NCBI GenBank assembly: GCA_013151445.1
Contig: JAADIG010000052.1
Location: forward strand, 2 to 64,001
DNA: 64,000 bases
Direction: 5' to 3'
Origin: Actinomycetota bacterium
Lineage (GTDB): Bacteria > Actinomycetota > Acidimicrobiia > Spongiisociales > UBA5794
Shown here: positions 47,320 through 57,626 of the stretch, in pieces
Numbering within the stretch: position 1 is the stretch's first letter
Layout: each line of letters begins with the position of its first letter
The notes under the pieces: model-generated
What the model was told of the DNA's origin: nothing
The model's database searches: none
The model's input: the letters and a program-made list of their open reading frames with translations, nothing else
Translations under genes and position numbers: made by a program

Positions 47320-48657
47320 TTACATCTCCTTGGCAAGGATCGTGCTCACTCGTGTGACGAGTTCGTCAACCTCGGTAGCCGTTGGGGCTTCCACGTTTAG
47401 CCGGAGCACGGGTTCGGTATTCGAAGGACGTACGTTAAACCACCGATCGCCAAGGTCGACGGTAAGGCCGTCGAGACGATCCTGGTCGGCGTCGGCGAAC
47501 GAGTCCGCCAGTGCTTCGATAGCGCCACTCTTGTCCGGCACGTCGAAGTTGATCTCACCCGATGCAGCATACGGTTCAAAGTCTTTGCGGAGTTCGGAGA
47601 GCGGCACCCCGGCCTCGGACACGACTTGGAGCAGTACGAGCATCGCCAACATACCGGAGTCGGCACGGAAGTTATCCCTGAAGTAGTAGTGCCCGGAATG
47701 TTCCCCACCAAAAACGGCGCCCGAATCTTTCATTACCTGTTTGATAAAGGAGTGACCGACCTTGGTGCGGACCGGTGTTCCACCCGCCGCGACGATTGCC
47801 TCGGGAACTGCCTTCGAGCAGATGAGGTTGTGCACGATCGATGCACCGGGGAACCGGTGCAGAAACCACGTCGCAATGATCGCGGTAGTCGTACTCCCTG
47901 GCAGCGGCACCCTTTGATCGTCGATAAAGAATGCCCGGTCGGCGTCACCATCGAAAGCAACGCCAATGTCGGGATTCTCACGGCCCATGAGAGCAATGAG
48001 ATCGACGAGGTTCTCCGGACGCAGTGGGTCCGCAGGGTGATTCGGAAACGTACCGTCCCGGTCCAGATAGAGGCCGATGAGATCAGCCTCGATCCGATCG
48101 AATACCGTGTGGAGCGCAACGCCGGCCATACCATTGCCGCCGTCGGCTGCGACCCGCAGCGGTTTGAAATGTCCAGCATCGACGACCGTGAAGAGATGGT
48201 CCACATACCCCGAGAGAATGTCGACGGACCGAACGCTGGCACGCGGCCGCTCGTCGGAGGGGGGATCGATCGCGATGCTCTTGACGTTCAACAGACCACT
48301 CTCGACACCGACGGGTGCGGCGCCAGCCAAACACATCTTGATGCCATTCCACTCGCTCGTATTGTGCGAGGCGGTGATCATCACACCGGGTATCGATTCG
48401 ACACCGGAGTAGTAGTACATCATGTCGGTCGCGATTTCGCCGAGATAGTCGACCTCGACACCTCGTGACGTGATCCCCTCAATCACCCCGTCACGAATAT
48501 CGGGAGATGAGACCCTGCAGTCATGTCCGACCGCAATGCGGTCAACTTCAGCGAACTCTGCGAATCCAATACCTATGCGACGTCCAACTTCGGTGTTGAT
48601 CTGGCTTGGCGCTACGCCGCGAACGTCATAAGCCTTGAAGATCGAGTCAAAATCCAT
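47320..48657 (-). CDS. manB: Phosphomannomutase/phosphoglucomutase
   Basis: FKAYDVRG, TASHN, FDGDADR, GGEHSGHYY, RPSNTEP. Confidence 0.95.
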   Translation of the reverse strand: MDFDSIFKAYDVRGVAPSQINTEVGRRIGIGFAEFAEVDRIAVGHDCRVSSPDIRDGVIEGITSRGVEVDYLGEIATDMMYYYSGVESIPGVMITASHNTSEWNGIKMCLAGAAPVGVESGLLNVKSIAIDPPSDERPRASVRSVDILSGYVDHLFTVVDAGHFKPLRVAADGGNGMAGVALHTVFDRIEADLIGLYLDRDGTFPNHPADPLRPENLVDLIALMGRENPDIGVAFDGDADRAFFIDDQRVPLPGSTTTAIIATWFLHRFPGASIVHNLICSKAVPEAIVAAGGTPVRTKVGHSFIKQVMKDSGAVFGGEHSGHYYFRDNFRADSGMLAMLVLLQVVSEAGVPLSELRKDFEPYAASGEINFDVPDKSGAIEALADSFADADQDRLDGLTVDLGDRWFNVRPSNTEPVLRLNVEAPTATEVDELVTRVSTILAKEM

Positions 48658-48730
48658 GACCTAAGTCTAGAACTCTGCGCAGACAACCTCGGCCCGATCG
48701 TCACAACAGCAACCCGGGTAGAATCGACCC

Positions 48731-49447
48731 ATGCCCGAACCGCAATCTGTCTTTTCGATCGTCATCCCTATCCACAACGAGGCTGGCTTTCTGCCCCAGG
48801 CACTACCGGCCTTGCAGGCCGAGCTCGCCGATCTTGGGGTCCCATTCGACATCAATCTCGTCGAAAACGGATCGACCGACGGAACAGCACAAACGGCGCT
48901 CGCGGAGGCGGCCAACTTCCCCGAGGTACGGATCACCCAACAGCCGGTCGCCGACTACGGCACCGCCATGCTTGCAGGGTTCATGGAAGGTACCGGAACG
49001 TGGGTCGTCAACTTCGACATCGACTACACATCGGCGTCCTTCCTAAAGCAGGTGCTCGCTGACGGAACCGACGCCGATGTCATCCTCGCATCGAAACGAG
49101 CACCCGGGTCAGATGATCGCCGCGGGTATGTCCGAAGACTTGCGACGTTTGCGTTCAACACCGTGTTACGCATCCTGGTCAAGAGTTCAGTGTCCGACAC
49201 GCACGGCATCAAGGCTGTACGACGAGACGTGGTCCAGGATCTCGCTCCGAAGGTGGTGTCGCGCAAGGACCTATTCGACACCGAACTTGTGGTCCGAGCC
49301 GGTCACGCCGGCTACCGGATTGTCGAATTCCCCATCGTCGTGGAGGAACAGCGCGAAGCACGATCGAAGCTGTGGAAGAGGATTCCGCGTACCCTTCGGG
49401 GAATCTGGCGGATTCGCCGACAGCTCAAGACCGAAGGCGTTCTCTAG
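48731..49447 (+). CDS. GT2 glycosyltransferase (polyprenol-phosphate sugar synthase-like)
   Basis: SIVIPIHNE, ENGSTDGT, DID, VSDTHGIK, FDTEL. Confidence 0.85.
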   Translation: MPEPQSVFSIVIPIHNEAGFLPQALPALQAELADLGVPFDINLVENGSTDGTAQTALAEAANFPEVRITQQPVADYGTAMLAGFMEGTGTWVVNFDIDYTSASFLKQVLADGTDADVILASKRAPGSDDRRGYVRRLATFAFNTVLRILVKSSVSDTHGIKAVRRDVVQDLAPKVVSRKDLFDTELVVRAGHAGYRIVEFPIVVEEQREARSKLWKRIPRTLRGIWRIRRQLKTEGVL

Positions 49448-49488
49448 GGTTCGTCAGCGGGCAGGGACGGCGTCCCGCGTTGCCATAT

Positions 49489-49953
49489 CTAGGAGACGGC
49501 TTCCGTATCGACGTTGTCGGGGTTGTCGTTGAGATCCGACCCGAAAACCAGATCGCGATATGCGGCGAACTTCGGGAGAAGGATAATTCCGGAGGCTATG
49601 ACCAGGACAGCGTTCTCCCCGAGACGCGAGAGTTCAAACCGGCGAGCTGCGAACGCAATTATCTGGTCGGTGACCGCGAGCGCAACAACGTTGACTCCGA
49701 AGAACTTTGCTGTCTCTCGCAGTGACCCGGTGGCGTCATCGGCGTCGAACGTCCACTTTCGGTTGAGGATATATGCAAGCGCAGTACCGATAGCGAACGC
49801 GGCAACATTTGCGGGTCGCAGGTCCATACCGACGGTGCGAAGGACATTGAACACCAGGAAATAGAACAGCGTGTTGCCCACACCAATGATGCCCATTTTG
49901 ACGACCTGCCCCATCGCCTTCTTACTCACGAACGACGCCAGGTAACGTTTCAT
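49489..49953 (-). CDS. GtrA family flippase-like protein
   Basis: Four hydrophobic segments; YILNRKWTF motif. Confidence 0.88.
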   Translation of the reverse strand: MKRYLASFVSKKAMGQVVKMGIIGVGNTLFYFLVFNVLRTVGMDLRPANVAAFAIGTALAYILNRKWTFDADDATGSLRETAKFFGVNVVALAVTDQIIAFAARRFELSRLGENAVLVIASGIILLPKFAAYRDLVFGSDLNDNPDNVDTEAVS

Positions 49954-52151
49954 GCGTCCACCAGCTCATGATCCTTACGGCGCCGGTACGTCCACACACC
50001 TAGTCCGAGGAATGTTATCGCGGTGATTCCCATTCCAACCTTTTCGGCAGGTGACCGAGAGAATCGAAGGATTACATTTTCCTGGGTCGGCACGACAATC
50101 ATGAGACTCGGCGACGCCCGATAGGGGCCGTCCGCACCTTCGACGGTCCAGTTCGGGAAGTACGAGGTTTTTACAAGAACGGGGACACCAATGCCATCGG
50201 TCTTGAAACTCACCGAGTTGTCATCCATCACAATGTCCGTAACCGTGACCTCCTGATCTACCGCGGTTGGAGGTGGCCAATCCCCCACCGTTGAGACTCG
50301 TTGCCACGACTCCGGGCCGTCCTTCACCATCCACCGGTCAATGAGCGAGAGATCGTCATACCACTCGAGGGAAGCATCGACGAAGTTCTCGGGACCGTCG
50401 TAAACAACTGGTTCGAATAGTGCGGGGATGACCAGTTCGTTCTCGGGCAGTTTGAAAATCGACCAGATCGGGGTCTCGGAAATCAGTTCCAAGTTGAACT
50501 TAACTGCCTCGTCTTTGGCGTCCTGGGTCATCGCGATGTAATAACTGACCCCATACAGTTCGAGATGTTTGATCCCCCGCTCAAAGTCGAAATTTCGATA
50601 ATTCAGGCCCCGGACTGGGTTCGACGGGTTACGCGAGACCTCTGCGGCGTTCAGGAAATGGAATGGTGTGGTGAGTGACGACTCGAAGAACAGACCTTCC
50701 ATGGACGTGTGCCCCGGCGAGAAGTACGGCAATAGCATGAGCGCCATCGGAGTTCCGTATTTGTTGAGCTCGTCGGAGTTGGCCTCCCACATGATGCGTC
50801 CCTCGGGAAGCTGGTCGACCTCATCGAGCAGGGCTTCCAATTCAGGCCACGCGGCCTTGCCCTCATACCCGGAATAGTTCCAACTTGCCCAGCCTGGTGT
50901 GTCGTGGATGCCCGCCACACTGATGTTGAATAACAGCAGAACGGCTACCGCACCGGCGACCAACTGGTTCTCTTCTCGCTCAGCAAACAGTCTCGAAACC
51001 CGCATGACAGCCAGACCGATAGCGATCCCAGCGAAGATAAAGAATCCGACGTACCAGAACGGCAACAACCTTGCGTTGTAGATTTTCGATAGACCCCAGT
51101 CGGGTAACCAGCGGTAGCCGACAACCGAGACTATGACCATTGTGATTGGTACCACGACGTTCTCGCGCCGGTAGATGGTCCATGCCATACCGAGAAGACC
51201 CAGGATGAATATTGGGAAGAACTCGTTGGGGAGGGGCGTCGCGATCTGTTCGTACCCGCCGTCACCGAGGAGTCCCCGCACAGGGCTCCAGTTCATGTCG
51301 GAGGTCATGCCGTTGGCGGTCAGCAGCAGCGGAAGGGCCCAGAACGCAGCAATGCCGAAACCAACCAACCACGACATCACCATCGCGCCGGCGGCCTTCT
51401 TTCGAAGGAGCACCGGGATCGAGACAATAATGACAACCATCGTCGGCACGATGTGGGACATCGCCAAAAGAGCAAGAACAATCCCCGCTTTCGGCGAGAA
51501 TCTGCGGCCCTCTGCCTGATCCCGAATGATGATCCCAAGGTAGACCAGGCTGAGCGACAGGGCCCACGAGAACGAGAACTCTCCAGCCAGGGTCGACTTA
51601 ATATTGCCGCCGAAAATCGAGAAGCTTTCCATGAACACGTACATGGAGCCGGTGAAACCGGCTATGCCGGCGACGATTCGATGAAAACCCATCGACCGGA
51701 CGAAGAAGTAGCTGGCGGCCGGCATCGTGACCAGACCCATGATGGTGGCCAACTTGAACGCCACCCCGTACGGCAGCACCGCGTTGAGGATGACGGTCAG
51801 GATTGCCGGCAGCGGGAAGTAGAAAAAGAGCGCCGGGAACCCGGCGTACCAATCCTGGGACCAACCTTGCACACGGAAGTTGCCGAGAAAGGAGTCCTGC
51901 AAGATCTGAGGCAGCAGAACGTGGGCCCCCATGTCGCCGCCGGTTGGTGTGTTGGCAACAAACAGGGCGGGAAACTGGAAGTCGATGCTGATCAGCGGGA
52001 ATCCATCGATGGCACGAACCGAACCAACGAACCCGGCCATGATGAAGAAGATCAGCAGTGTCGGGACGCCAACGGCGATGAGCACGAAGAGCCGATCGCG
52101 GTTGAGGCGGCGACGCGGCTGTTGTGCCGCTTTGTGAGGGGTTTGGTCCAC
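49950..52151 (-). CDS. Large polytopic membrane protein, probable GT-C glycosyltransferase (PTPS-related/YfhO-like)
   Basis: TGGDMGAH, GWSQDWYAGFP..FY.PLP, about 12 TM segments, C-terminal KTSYFPNW.V.GA. Confidence 0.75.
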   Translation of the reverse strand: MDQTPHKAAQQPRRRLNRDRLFVLIAVGVPTLLIFFIMAGFVGSVRAIDGFPLISIDFQFPALFVANTPTGGDMGAHVLLPQILQDSFLGNFRVQGWSQDWYAGFPALFFYFPLPAILTVILNAVLPYGVAFKLATIMGLVTMPAASYFFVRSMGFHRIVAGIAGFTGSMYVFMESFSIFGGNIKSTLAGEFSFSWALSLSLVYLGIIIRDQAEGRRFSPKAGIVLALLAMSHIVPTMVVIIVSIPVLLRKKAAGAMVMSWLVGFGIAAFWALPLLLTANGMTSDMNWSPVRGLLGDGGYEQIATPLPNEFFPIFILGLLGMAWTIYRRENVVVPITMVIVSVVGYRWLPDWGLSKIYNARLLPFWYVGFFIFAGIAIGLAVMRVSRLFAEREENQLVAGAVAVLLLFNISVAGIHDTPGWASWNYSGYEGKAAWPELEALLDEVDQLPEGRIMWEANSDELNKYGTPMALMLLPYFSPGHTSMEGLFFESSLTTPFHFLNAAEVSRNPSNPVRGLNYRNFDFERGIKHLELYGVSYYIAMTQDAKDEAVKFNLELISETPIWSIFKLPENELVIPALFEPVVYDGPENFVDASLEWYDDLSLIDRWMVKDGPESWQRVSTVGDWPPPTAVDQEVTVTDIVMDDNSVSFKTDGIGVPVLVKTSYFPNWTVEGADGPYRASPSLMIVVPTQENVILRFSRSPAEKVGMGITAITFLGLGVWTYRRRKDHELVDA

Positions 52152-52222
52152 AGTCAGAGAATAGTGCTTCGTTCAGTTACGTCTGCGAAGGACGCGAAGC
52201 GGTACCCGGGCTAGTACGCCGC

Positions 52223-52405
52223 TCATGCCTTCTTGGGGACATCGACCAGGGCATCGAGGTCGAGCACTTCGCCGTCGCGGTTGTACCAGCGCGACTCACA
52301 AACATGGCACGAGCAGAAGTCCACTTCGCCCCCATCCGGAAGCGTCAGCTGGATTTGGATGACGCTGTTGGCGCCACAAGTTTTACACGTGAGTGTCGAC
52401 GTCAC
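52223..52405 (-). CDS. Small zinc-ribbon-like protein
   Basis: CKTC..CSCHVCESRW; GTG at 52405 with GGAGGAG RBS. Confidence 0.7.
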   Translation of the reverse strand: MTSTLTCKTCGANSVIQIQLTLPDGGEVDFCSCHVCESRWYNRDGEVLDLDALVDVPKKA

Positions 52406-52439
52406 GCCGTTCACTCCTCCATCGGGTCGCACCACTGTA

Positions 52440-52772
52440 CTACGAACCGGTCGACCCGAGAGCAGGATTCTCGTCATTGCCAGCAATACCCTGGGCAACG
52501 TGTTCGGGCAGCTCGTCGAGCTTGCCGAGATACTTCGAGCGACGTTTCCCGTCTTCACTCCAATAGGCGTACCAGTACGGCCCGTGGGGACACCGCGAAC
52601 AGGTTGGTTTCCCACATCGGACAGACTGGCTGCGAACTTTGATCTCTGGCGCCGTCGCACCGAGCGCCACGCCATGGATCTGCAAACGTGCCTGGGCCAG
52701 CATGAGCAACCGGCGGAGTTCGGGTTCACCCATCTCTCTGACGGCTTCTAGGACATCGCGGTCAATCGGCAT
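52440..52772 (-). CDS. DUF6788-like protein
   Basis: VRCGKPTCSRCPHGPYWYAYWSEDGKRRSKYLGK. Confidence 0.7.
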   Translation of the reverse strand: MPIDRDVLEAVREMGEPELRRLLMLAQARLQIHGVALGATAPEIKVRSQSVRCGKPTCSRCPHGPYWYAYWSEDGKRRSKYLGKLDELPEHVAQGIAGNDENPALGSTGS

Positions 52773-52784
52773 AGTTTTACCCGG

Positions 52785-53003
52785 CTATCGCTTTAGCCCG
52801 GTGACGGCGAACAACCGACGGCGATCGACTCGCCCCCACCCAACTGGAGGCATGATTCGATCGGCGTGGCGGGAACACATCAGGTAGCCGGAGCCCGGCG
52901 TCGGCAGATGGACCAACGGCTCCAACGACACCGAACGTGCGGCGTAGTTGTATCGCATAACGGCGACTGCGGGCTGTGAACAGCGGACACAAAGCGGGAC
53001 CAT
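52785..53003 (-). CDS. DUF3499 family protein
   Basis: CVRCSQPAVA.M.Y.YA..YLMCSRHADRIMPPVGW. Confidence 0.8.
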   Translation of the reverse strand: MVPLCVRCSQPAVAVMRYNYAARSVSLEPLVHLPTPGSGYLMCSRHADRIMPPVGWGRVDRRRLFAVTGLKR

Positions 53004-53078
53004 AGAAAGAAAGGTAGGCGTCTAGCGCGCCATCACCAAGGACCCGCGTCGCTCCCGTCGTCGAATCACAAAACCGTC

Positions 53079-53486
53079 TTACGCGTCATTCGGGCGCGTA
53101 AGACCGTGTAGCCGGGCCATTTGTGCGAGTTCCTTCAGCGACTTTGCGGACAACTTCCCTGCCCGCTGCCACAAGACCCGACGGTCTTCGGCGACCAGAA
53201 GCGTGAGTGGGACAGCGTCGACCCCTAGCTCCTCGAGAGTTGCTGATTCGAGTTCGTATGTGAACTCTCGCAATGGAACCGAGAGTTTGCGAAGGTCCGC
53301 GGCAACGATTTTGCACCGCGAACATCCCGTCGAGCTGAAGAGGACAACACCCGGCGGAACCGGCACGTCCCCGAATGAAATCGGGTCATGTTGTGGCTGG
53401 CTGAATCGATTGGCCGCAAAGGTCAGTCCCGCAACGGCCGCGGCGAGCACGACAACGACAAGGACTCGAACCGCCACGTCACCCAT
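53079..53486 (-). CDS. Membrane-anchored thioredoxin-like protein
   Basis: N-terminal TM, VLFSSTGCSRC, GVDAVP. Confidence 0.75.
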   Translation of the reverse strand: MGDVAVRVLVVVVLAAAVAGLTFAANRFSQPQHDPISFGDVPVPPGVVLFSSTGCSRCKIVAADLRKLSVPLREFTYELESATLEELGVDAVPLTLLVAEDRRVLWQRAGKLSAKSLKELAQMARLHGLTRPNDA

Positions 53487-54870
53487 CGATGGCTACACCG
53501 GCTATGAACGCAATGCCGTTCTCGGTCTGCTGTGACCATCCGACCGTGATTGGTTGTGTCGCCTCAACCAACCACCCCGCAACCGCAGAGTCATACGGCA
53601 CTGCGACTCGTTGCACCGTACCCGCCTGCAGCAAGATCTTGCGCTGATCACCGGTTCGAATGCCCATGGGAGTCAACAAAACAGTTGCCGACTGCGTACC
53701 GGAGTTCATCAACCAGATCGTCGAGAGACCGGTCTCCTCGCTTGCAGGACCCGGCACTAACCATGAAGTCGCTTCCTCCTGGGTGCCCGCTACGCCAGCC
53801 AGTGGGCCCTGTACGGCATCGATGGAAAGATCGGTTGATCCACCTTCGCCATCGAGTGCACTCACCTCCGGTATCGATTCCGCAACGACCGCAGCAGCAA
53901 TCTCACTATCACCCCGCACGACAATGCCGATCGCCTCACCGCTGAAATCTGCCAGGGATTCGCGGCGTGGATTGAGCGGATCAACGATGAACGCACGGAC
54001 ATCGGGACTGATGCCGTCGACCGTAAGGATCTCTACCGTGACCTCAACCGGACCGTCACCAGTAGCCGCGATAATGACCTCGGCCGTCAGGTTCTCTTGA
54101 GAAGCAACCGGGAAGAACCACTGTGTCGCCGCACCGGTCGCTGGCCAAACCGCCGCTCCGCCCTCGGCTGTCAGGATTGCCGAGGGAATGACGTTCCCCT
54201 CCGTTGCGACAATTTTCAACACGAGATCGTCGAGCCTCCCGGCGAGGTCGGTGAGATCGACATCGATCCAACTCCGACCGGCTACTGGCAGGGTATCGAG
54301 ATCGGGTAACTCAAACGTACCGAACTCACTGACAGCGGTAACCGAAACGAATGCCGTATCTGGGTACGGGTTGAACAGCCGCATCGAGAACTCGCGGCCC
54401 GCCCTCGTGGTTCCACCAACCAACCACCATTCCGCAGGTGTGGCGACAATGCATCGATCGGCCGCAAAAGAGGAGGCACCTTGCACGGTTGCCGACGCCG
54501 TAGCCGGTCCGGCTTGGAACTCAACCGAGGCCGGTGCTGGCCCCTGGAGAACGACATCGGCGAGCCGAAGAGTTCGCGCGCCCGCATCGGTGATGGACAC
54601 CGTCTTTTGAGCTGGCTCTTCGCCCGGCAGCGGACTCGGGACTGATAGCGCAGCACGGGCGGTAACAAGCGCCATCAACTGCACCGTCGACGAAGCTTGC
54701 GAGCCGGTTTCGCCCCATGGGCAGAACCACACCGTGGACCCGGCTGATGCCCCCAGATCGGGTGCCTGCGGCCCATCGAAGTCGGGCCCGGCGGGTGTGT
54801 TTGGAGCACGCAAGCCCATCGCTGCGGTTGCCAGCGTGGCGACTATCAGAAGTGCGACAAACCTACGCAT
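53479..54870 (-). CDS. DUF5719-like secreted protein
   Basis: Signal peptide, WFCP, C...EWWLVGGTT, LFNPYPD; follows the large GT. Confidence 0.7.
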   Translation of the reverse strand: MRRFVALLIVATLATAAMGLRAPNTPAGPDFDGPQAPDLGASAGSTVWFCPWGETGSQASSTVQLMALVTARAALSVPSPLPGEEPAQKTVSITDAGARTLRLADVVLQGPAPASVEFQAGPATASATVQGASSFAADRCIVATPAEWWLVGGTTRAGREFSMRLFNPYPDTAFVSVTAVSEFGTFELPDLDTLPVAGRSWIDVDLTDLAGRLDDLVLKIVATEGNVIPSAILTAEGGAAVWPATGAATQWFFPVASQENLTAEVIIAATGDGPVEVTVEILTVDGISPDVRAFIVDPLNPRRESLADFSGEAIGIVVRGDSEIAAAVVAESIPEVSALDGEGGSTDLSIDAVQGPLAGVAGTQEEATSWLVPGPASEETGLSTIWLMNSGTQSATVLLTPMGIRTGDQRKILLQAGTVQRVAVPYDSAVAGWLVEATQPITVGWSQQTENGIAFIAGVAIDG

Positions 54871-57625
54871 ACTGCTCCCTACCCCATATCGCTAACCCGG
54901 CCAGGGCGGCCAATCCAAACAAGGCACCGAATGCCCGTTGCCGAATCAGGGGTCGCGGTGTGAACGAAATCTCACCGCTTCGTCCGTCGACGCTGTTTCC
55001 CCAAAGCTGCTGCTGCCACCCGTTGGGGTCCCAGAACGAATTTGGGTTGGTCCCAAGAAACACCGGGCCATCGGTCGCCGGACCCGTGTACACGGTGCCG
55101 TTGGTCACCCAGGGGGGATCCACTCCGGAGACAACCGCCCCCTGGGTCTCCGGCATGGTGAATGCAACACTGACGCCGGCACCCACCGAGACGATGTCCA
55201 ACTGACTCCGCAGGACCGCCTCGAGTGGGGAATCGTCCAACACGACCGCCCATCCGATCCCCATATCCGAGAGGCGCTCCCCTCCCCGAAATTCGTTGCC
55301 GTCGATCATGTCACGCAGGATGCGGTCAAGAGCGGAATCTGCGGTTGATGGAGCTCCCTGCCACAGATCCCACAGTTTCATGCCCGACGCCGGGACCACC
55401 CGATAGGTTGCACCTCTCACGTCCCGCACGTCACCGGGAATGGCATCGGAGGACCCGATGACGAGGATCCGAGCAGAGGTGTCCTCGGGTTGGCTCCGTG
55501 AGATGAACCCGATGCTGTCCGCTAGTTCCGATCCGGGCAGCCCCGCCCGCCCCCCGATGAGTGACGTCGCGACCGACCCGGCCAATGCGATCATCCCAAT
55601 GCCCACCACGACGACGCCGATTCGCACACCCCCGGCTTGTTCGGTGCCAATCGCATCAATGGCGACAGCGGCAACGATCGCAAGCCCCAAACCCGTCAGG
55701 GCAACCCCCGACACGCCGATCGCGGTACCGGCTTCAACTCGAGATGCGAAGACACCAGCGGCGGTGATGATTCCTGCCCATGCGGCGACATCGCGAAGGC
55801 GGTCGGTTGCTCCAACGATCCCGCCAACCACCACAGCGATCAACCCAAGCCCAACGATCGGCGATATGTCCCAGAAAAATGTCCCTTGCCGGAACCATTC
55901 ACGGGGATCATCGATCCCGAGGATCCACGGCAGCACCGCTATCGCTCCGGCGGCAACACCGACAACGGCCGGTACGGCACCTATGAGCGGAGTCCAACCC
56001 CGTGCGGCCACTACCAGCCAGACGGCAAGGGCACCGACTACCGCAAGCAACAACGCCGGTTCGGCAAACATCACGAGTCCCGAGGTGACACCCACCTGAG
56101 CTAACCAGCCGATACGACTTCTCAAGGCGCGGGGGAACGGGCGAAGTACAGCAAGAACCGCCCATGGCAACGCCCCCATCCCGATGATGCTGGCCACAAG
56201 CCCACGGTTCGCCAGCTCCGCTGCCGCCGGCCCCGCGATATATCCGAACCCTCCGAGCGCTCCGGCCACCGCACCGATGCCCCAGAGTTTTGCGAGACGA
56301 CCAACCCCCCAGACGGCGGCCGCGACGGCCCCCACCAGGACCACGGTGTAGGCGAATGCCGAAGAAAACGGGAGGACCCTGTCCACAATCCCAAAGAGGC
56401 CGGCAATCGGGGGAAGTGGATCGCCGGACCCAAACCCGGCCGGGTTCCACCCACCAGCGTACGCACCGAAGAGGTCTCCCGTCGGTGGTAGCGGTGCGTT
56501 GTATCCCACGGCACTCGTCACTCCCCCAATGATTGCGCGGGTCAGCAGTGCGACAAAACCGACACCGAGACCTGCCGCGACGAACGCTGGCTGTTTCAGT
56601 TCGCTCGTGAGGGTATCAATATCGAACCCACCGCGATCGACGATGCGGCTTCTCAAACGGTCCATCAACCGCGACCCAATACCGCGAAACGCGATCGAAC
56701 CCCCGACCTGGAAGCGGAACAGTTCGGTATCTCCAAGCCCCGCCGAACGTACCGCCATGGTCGTCCGCCGCTGCCGCAAGGTCTCGACGATATGAGCGGC
56801 ATTCCAAAGCCACGCCTTCACCGTTGCGGGTCCCGTCCATGGACGGGCAAACAATGTTGTGATCCCCTCCAACAAACCGACGAGGAGTCGCATAGGAAGA
56901 GTCCATGCCAGGGTGACCAGGGAATATGACGTGATCATCGATTGGATGCGGTCGGCCTCGACGCGCCACGGTTCGCTCTGGGGAGTGTCGAGCGGAACTG
57001 CAACAATCGACGATGGCGCCACCACGATGCGAGCTCCGGCAAGACGTGCTCGGTTACAGAACCCGAGAGACGTCCCCTCGTTGGCGATAGCCCCTTCACC
57101 AACACCGATGCCCTTGGCCAGGTCGCGGCGCACAAGAGCGGAAACCAACCTCACGGCCGCAACATCACGCACGACGTCGTACTGACCCTGATCAAGCTCG
57201 GTATCGACGAAGGTTGTGGCATCGACACCAAAAACGTCTGTCGTCATCCCAACCGAGATGAGAGTGCGATCCTCAGAAGCAGCGATCAATTTCGAACCGA
57301 CGACACTTGCATCGTTGCGTTCGGCCTCCCCGACGAGGGCATCGAGTGCGAGTGGCTCCGGGATCAGCCCGGCCTGCAGGAACCACAGGAAGTGGACCTC
57401 CGCACCGACGCTCGCAAGGAAAATAGCGAACGACGCATGCCACGGGACACCAAGTGTCCGTGTCGCCTCGCGGACAGTCTTGTCACCGCCGACGATTACC
57501 GGCGTCACCGCCCCGTACACTTGGGCACTAACGGCATCGAGGGTTTCGGTGAGCGATACGCCGGACTCTGCGACGATAACGGCTACGACGCGACTCGCTG
57601 ATCGGGACTCAGAAGGAGATGACAT
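54863..57625 (-). CDS. Large membrane protein with a degenerate N-terminal GT2 domain
   Basis: VVGSKL, ELDQGQYD.VRDV, RARLAGARIVVAP followed by many TM segments. Confidence 0.75.
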   Translation of the reverse strand: MSSPSESRSASRVVAVIVAESGVSLTETLDAVSAQVYGAVTPVIVGGDKTVREATRTLGVPWHASFAIFLASVGAEVHFLWFLQAGLIPEPLALDALVGEAERNDASVVGSKLIAASEDRTLISVGMTTDVFGVDATTFVDTELDQGQYDVVRDVAAVRLVSALVRRDLAKGIGVGEGAIANEGTSLGFCNRARLAGARIVVAPSSIVAVPLDTPQSEPWRVEADRIQSMITSYSLVTLAWTLPMRLLVGLLEGITTLFARPWTGPATVKAWLWNAAHIVETLRQRRTTMAVRSAGLGDTELFRFQVGGSIAFRGIGSRLMDRLRSRIVDRGGFDIDTLTSELKQPAFVAAGLGVGFVALLTRAIIGGVTSAVGYNAPLPPTGDLFGAYAGGWNPAGFGSGDPLPPIAGLFGIVDRVLPFSSAFAYTVVLVGAVAAAVWGVGRLAKLWGIGAVAGALGGFGYIAGPAAAELANRGLVASIIGMGALPWAVLAVLRPFPRALRSRIGWLAQVGVTSGLVMFAEPALLLAVVGALAVWLVVAARGWTPLIGAVPAVVGVAAGAIAVLPWILGIDDPREWFRQGTFFWDISPIVGLGLIAVVVGGIVGATDRLRDVAAWAGIITAAGVFASRVEAGTAIGVSGVALTGLGLAIVAAVAIDAIGTEQAGGVRIGVVVVGIGMIALAGSVATSLIGGRAGLPGSELADSIGFISRSQPEDTSARILVIGSSDAIPGDVRDVRGATYRVVPASGMKLWDLWQGAPSTADSALDRILRDMIDGNEFRGGERLSDMGIGWAVVLDDSPLEAVLRSQLDIVSVGAGVSVAFTMPETQGAVVSGVDPPWVTNGTVYTGPATDGPVFLGTNPNSFWDPNGWQQQLWGNSVDGRSGEISFTPRPLIRQRAFGALFGLAALAGLAIWGREQYA

Positions 57626-57626
57626 A

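Noticed and set aside
57216..57626. Long N-terminal extension of CofD, and the reciprocal GT extension to 57754
   Set aside because: Antisense open frames of the neighbouring gene; SD and homology support the shorter starts
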